DNA of 64,000 bases from Reclinomonas americana ATCC 50394 (Eukaryota), in assembly GCA_048213135.1 (NCBI GenBank), contig PS015010.1:620001-684000 (forward strand). The letters are read 5' to 3'. The position numbers were made by a program, and so were the translations under genes. The notes beneath the pieces are model-generated. The model had not been told where the DNA came from, ran no database searches, and saw only the letters and a list, made by a program, of their open reading frames with translations. Shown here piece by piece: positions 59,981-64,000 of this stretch (position 1 is the first letter of the stretch; every line of letters begins with the position of its first letter).

Positions 59981-60753
59981 AGGTTGTGCTTTTTGCCGGA
60001 GGAATGGGTACCCGCATATCTGAAGAAACAGATACAAGGCCCAAACCAATGGTCGAAATTGGGGGTAAGCCCATATTATGGCATATCATGAAAATATACA
60101 GCCATTATGGATTCAACGAATTCATCGTGTGCCTGGGTTATAAAGGCTATGTGATCAAAGAATATTTCATCAACTATTTTTTGCATAATTCCGATATTAC
60201 AGTTGATCTTACGAATAACAAGACTCAGATACATGGAACCAGTTCGGAACCATTTAAAGTTACACTTGTTGAAACAGGACTAAATACAAAAACAGCGGGG
60301 AGATTGCAACAGGTTCGGCAATATATCGGTAATGAGGATTTTATGCTTACCTATGGTGATGGTGTATGTGATGTGAACCTGAAAGAATTGCTCTCTTTCC
60401 ACAAAGCCCACAAAAAGGCGGCTACTGTAACAGCGATACAGATGGATGCCCGTTTTGGCGGTATGGACCTGGAAACTAACGGAGATGTTACATCGTTCAG
60501 GGAAAAAGCAAAGGATGAGGGCAAATGGATTAACGGAGGCTTCTTCATTTTAAAACCTGAAATTTTCAATTACCTGCAAGGGGATATGTCTGAAATGATG
60601 TGGGAAGATGAACCGCTTGAAAAACTCACCATGGATAAGCAACTGGTAGCTTACCGGCATAAAGGCTTCTGGAAATGCATGGATGCACTCAGGGATAAAA
60701 TTGAACTGGAAAATCTTTGGAAAACGAATACAGCACAATGGAAGGTGTGGTAA
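59977..60753 (+). CDS. rfbF: Glucose-1-phosphate cytidylyltransferase
   Basis: AGGMGTRISEET..PKPMVEIG, TYGDG, INGGFF, WKCMD. Confidence 0.95.
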   Translation: MKVVLFAGGMGTRISEETDTRPKPMVEIGGKPILWHIMKIYSHYGFNEFIVCLGYKGYVIKEYFINYFLHNSDITVDLTNNKTQIHGTSSEPFKVTLVETGLNTKTAGRLQQVRQYIGNEDFMLTYGDGVCDVNLKELLSFHKAHKKAATVTAIQMDARFGGMDLETNGDVTSFREKAKDEGKWINGGFFILKPEIFNYLQGDMSEMMWEDEPLEKLTMDKQLVAYRHKGFWKCMDALRDKIELENLWKTNTAQWKVW

Positions 60754-61835
60754 ATTCAATGCAGCTCAATTCAGTATATACCGGTAAAAAAGTTTTTATT
60801 ACCGGGCATACCGGGTTTAAAGGAAGTTGGCTTACGGCATTCCTTCAGCAATTGGGAGCTCACGTTACAGGCTATTCGCTGGCGCCTGTAACGGAGCCGG
60901 CTCACTTCTCGTTACTGAAATCTCCTGTTTCCAGTCATATTGAAGATATACGGAATGGAGGGAAACTTACTGAACTTATACAGGATAGCCGGCCCGATCT
61001 TATTTTTCACCTGGCTGCACAACCCCTTGTACGGGAATCTTATTCTGACCCTGTAACAACATATACAACCAATGTCATCGGAACGTTGAATGTACTGGAA
61101 GCGGCAAAGCAATGCAATACTGTCAAAGCGATAGTTTGTATCACTACGGATAAAGTGTATGAAAACCTGGAGCAGGATTACGCTTATGTTGAATCGGACC
61201 GCCTGGGAGGCTATGATATGTACAGCTCTTCCAAAGCCTGTTGTGAATTGCTCATCAGTTCATATCGTAATTCCTTTTTTAACCTGCAGGATTATGGAGA
61301 TAAACATGAAGTACTCCTTGCTTCTGCAAGAGCAGGAAATGTGATTGGCGGAGGTGACTGGAGTAAAGACCGGCTGATACCGGATATGATGAAGGCTGCC
61401 GCTGGTGGCAACAAAGCAATTATCCGGAACCCGGATGCTATTCGTCCCTGGCAACATGTGCTCGATTGCTTATATGGCTATCTTTTGCTGGGGGGCAAAC
61501 TTCTGGATAAACAAAAAGCATTCGCCAGGGCCTGGAATTTTTCACCTTTTCAGAATGACTTGAAGAAAGTGAGCGAGGTAATTGATATTGCAAAAGAATC
61601 ATGGGCTGAAGTACAAACTGAAGTGAACAGGCCGGCCGGTGATTTACATGAGGCTACATTACTACAGCTTGATAATACAATGGCGGTTAGCGAACTGAAG
61701 TGGTATCCTGTTTGGGATACAGCGGCCGCTATAGCCCGTACTGTGGAATGGTATAAAGCTTATTATGAAAGAACTACACTGGTAACGAATTTGCAGTTAA
61801 CCGAATATTTAACAACTTTGAATGACCGAAAATAA
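60738..61835 (+). CDS. rfbG: CDP-glucose 4,6-dehydratase
   Basis: [42 protein letters not shown]. Confidence 0.95.
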   Translation: MEGVVNSMQLNSVYTGKKVFITGHTGFKGSWLTAFLQQLGAHVTGYSLAPVTEPAHFSLLKSPVSSHIEDIRNGGKLTELIQDSRPDLIFHLAAQPLVRESYSDPVTTYTTNVIGTLNVLEAAKQCNTVKAIVCITTDKVYENLEQDYAYVESDRLGGYDMYSSSKACCELLISSYRNSFFNLQDYGDKHEVLLASARAGNVIGGGDWSKDRLIPDMMKAAAGGNKAIIRNPDAIRPWQHVLDCLYGYLLLGGKLLDKQKAFARAWNFSPFQNDLKKVSEVIDIAKESWAEVQTEVNRPAGDLHEATLLQLDNTMAVSELKWYPVWDTAAAIARTVEWYKAYYERTTLVTNLQLTEYLTTLNDRK

Positions 61836-63134
61836 AATCGTGACAAAAAAGGCTCAAATAAAGCAACTCGTAACAGAATATTTTTCAGAGGCATTTCCCC
61901 AGAAGGATTTTGTACCGGTAGAAAAACATGTGCCGGTAAGCGGGAAAGTGATCGACGCGGATGATATTTACAGTATTGTGGAGTCAGCCCTGGACGGATG
62001 GTTTACGACCGGTCGTTTTAATGACCAGTTTGAAAAAGAACTGGCCCGTTATATCGGCGTAAAGCATGTACTAACTACGAATTCTGGCTCTTCTGCTAAC
62101 CTCCTGGCTGTTGCCACACTTACTGCCGAAGAGCTTGGGGAAAGGGCAATAAGGTCCGGGGATGAAGTGATTACTGTCGCTGCGTCATTTCCAACTACCG
62201 TTAACCCCTGGATTACCTATGGTGTCGTACCCGTATTTGTAGACCTTGAAATACCTTATTATAATATAGATGTTCAATACCTGGAAGCTGCGTTAAGCCC
62301 GAAAACGAAAGCCATCATGGTCGCCCATACACTGGGTAATCCTTTTAACCTTGGTGTCGTCGCTGATTTCGCCAAGAAGAATAATCTTTGGCTGATCGAG
62401 GATTGCTGTGATGCCTTGGGAGCTACTTACGGAAGCAGGCATGTTGGTACTTACGGTGATATTGGGACACTGAGTTTTTACCCGGCTCACCACATCACGA
62501 TGGGAGAAGGTGGGGCGGTCTTTACTTCAAATTCCAAGTTAAAAAAATAACGGAATCTTTCAGGGATTGGGGACGCGACTGCTGGTGTGCCTCAGGTAAG
62601 GACAATACCTGCGGAAAGAGATTTGAATGGCAGCTTGGCGATCTCCCTTATGGTTACGACCATAAGTATATCTATTCACACCTGGGCTATAACCTGAAAA
62701 TCACAGATATGCAGGCAGCCCTGGGTGTTGCGCAATTGAAAAAACTACCGGGGTTTATCGATAAGCGAAGGCACAATTTTGAACGTCTTAAATCCGGCCT
62801 GTCAAAGTTTTCAGATAAACTGGTACTTCCTGAAGCAACCCCGAATTCTAATCCATCATGGTTTGGGTTCCTGATTACTATTAAAGAAGGCAAGGGGATA
62901 TCCCGTAATGAACTGGTCGCTCACCTGTCGAAAAATAACATCGGCACCCGTTTGCTATTTGCCGGTGATTTACGTAAGCAACCTTATTTCAAACAGTATC
63001 CTTACCGGGAGGTAGGAAACTTTGCCGCTACAGAGATCATTCTGAATAATACATTCTGGATTGGTGTAACACCTATGATCAATGATGAAATGATTGATTT
63101 TGTAATTGGTGTTTTTAATGAAGTGTTAATATAA
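61822..63134 (+). pseudogene. rfbH: CDP-4-keto-6-deoxyglucose 3-dehydrase RfbH, split by a -1 frameshift, probably a sequencing error
   Basis: [22 protein letters not shown]; an eighth A at 62541-62547 restores [16 protein letters not shown] and joins to MQAALG...RLLFAG. Confidence 0.88.
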
Positions 63135-63142
63135 GAATTATC

Positions 63143-64000
63143 ATGCTCAGGAATATCCTTCATCCCATAGTGTATGCTGACGTAGAGAAAATAGTATCCG
63201 GAGGTCTTCTGTGGGACCGGGTTGCTGATAAGACCATACTGATATCCGGTGCCAATGGCTTCCTGGCTTCGTACCTGGTTTATTCTTTTTTACTGGCGAA
63301 TGAAATAAAAAAGACGAATTGTAAGGTCATCGCGGTTTGCAGGAGCAGGGACAATGCCGATAAAAAATTCAGCGCTTTTTATGAAAGACCTGATTTTAAA
63401 ATACTGGTACAGGATATAAGCGAGATGAATGATTGTGAAGAAAGTCCCCATTTTATTATTCACGCGGCAAGCCAGGCCAGTCCTAAATATTATGGACTCG
63501 ATCCTGTCGGTACCCTGAAAGCTAACGTGGCAGGCACACAGAACCTGCTTGAACTGGCCCGGAAGAATAATACGCTCTCTTTTTTATATTTCAGTTCCAG
63601 TGAAGTGTATGGAATGATGGAAGAATCTAAGCCCATTACTGAAACTGATTTTGGTTACCTGGATATCAGTAATGTAAGGGCGTGTTACGCGGAAAGCAAA
63701 CGAATGGGAGAAGTGATGTGTGTGAGCTGGTGGAAGCAATTCGGTGTTCCTGTGCGGATGGTGAGACCTTTTCATACTTATGGTCCCGGTATGCTGTTGG
63801 ATGACGGAAGGGTATACGCTGATTTCGTCGCCAGTATTGTAGAAGGTAAAGATATCCGGCTTAATAGTGAAGGCACTGCAAAAAGGGCTTTTTGTTACCT
63901 GTCAGACGCGACAATAGCTTTTCTGAAAGTATTACTGGAAGGGGAGGAAGGGCAGGCGTATAATGTCGGCAACCCGGAAGGTGAAAAAAGTATCCTGCAA
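63143..64000 (+). CDS. NAD-dependent epimerase/dehydratase (partial, runs off the window)
   Basis: ILISGANGFLASY, HAASQASP, SSSEVYG, YAESKR, RPFHTYGP. Confidence 0.85.
   Translation, partial: MLRNILHPIVYADVEKIVSGGLLWDRVADKTILISGANGFLASYLVYSFLLANEIKKTNCKVIAVCRSRDNADKKFSAFYERPDFKILVQDISEMNDCEESPHFIIHAASQASPKYYGLDPVGTLKANVAGTQNLLELARKNNTLSFLYFSSSEVYGMMEESKPITETDFGYLDISNVRACYAESKRMGEVMCVSWWKQFGVPVRMVRPFHTYGPGMLLDDGRVYADFVASIVEGKDIRLNSEGTAKRAFCYLSDATIAFLKVLLEGEEGQAYNVGNPEGEKSILQ

Overview
Bacteroidota chromosome segment, probably Chitinophagaceae (T9SS cargo proteins, TAnnTTTG promoters, futalosine-pathway mqnA). Housekeeping genes (xerD, rnhA, hscB, tRNA-Leu, map, tsaD, prfC, purB, mqnA, start of a CDP-sugar rfbFGH operon) surround two accessory blocks. 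Block 1 (15.9-32.5 kb, directly 3' of tRNA-Leu) is a complete group 2a [NiFe]-hydrogenase locus: small and large subunits, hypABFCDE, a maturation protease with an extra C-terminal domain, TPR and NHL proteins and a Ni permease. It also carries what looks like an uncharacterised regulatory module: two TetR paralogues with near-identical recognition helices, two paralogues of an unknown ~100-120 aa protein, and an 18-bp palindrome (TTAGAAAATATTTTCTAA) at both divergent promoter regions. Block 2 (39.7-42.2 kb) has an AT-rich OLD-like ATPase-TOPRIM gene, a SymE-like toxin gene with a structured 5' leader, and a degenerate array with an exact 21-bp period. Three genes have single-base frameshifts in A/T homopolymers, probably sequencing artefacts. 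Short heptamer, octamer and REP-like repeats occupy several intergenic gaps. All calls come from motif recognition by eye; no database searches were run.
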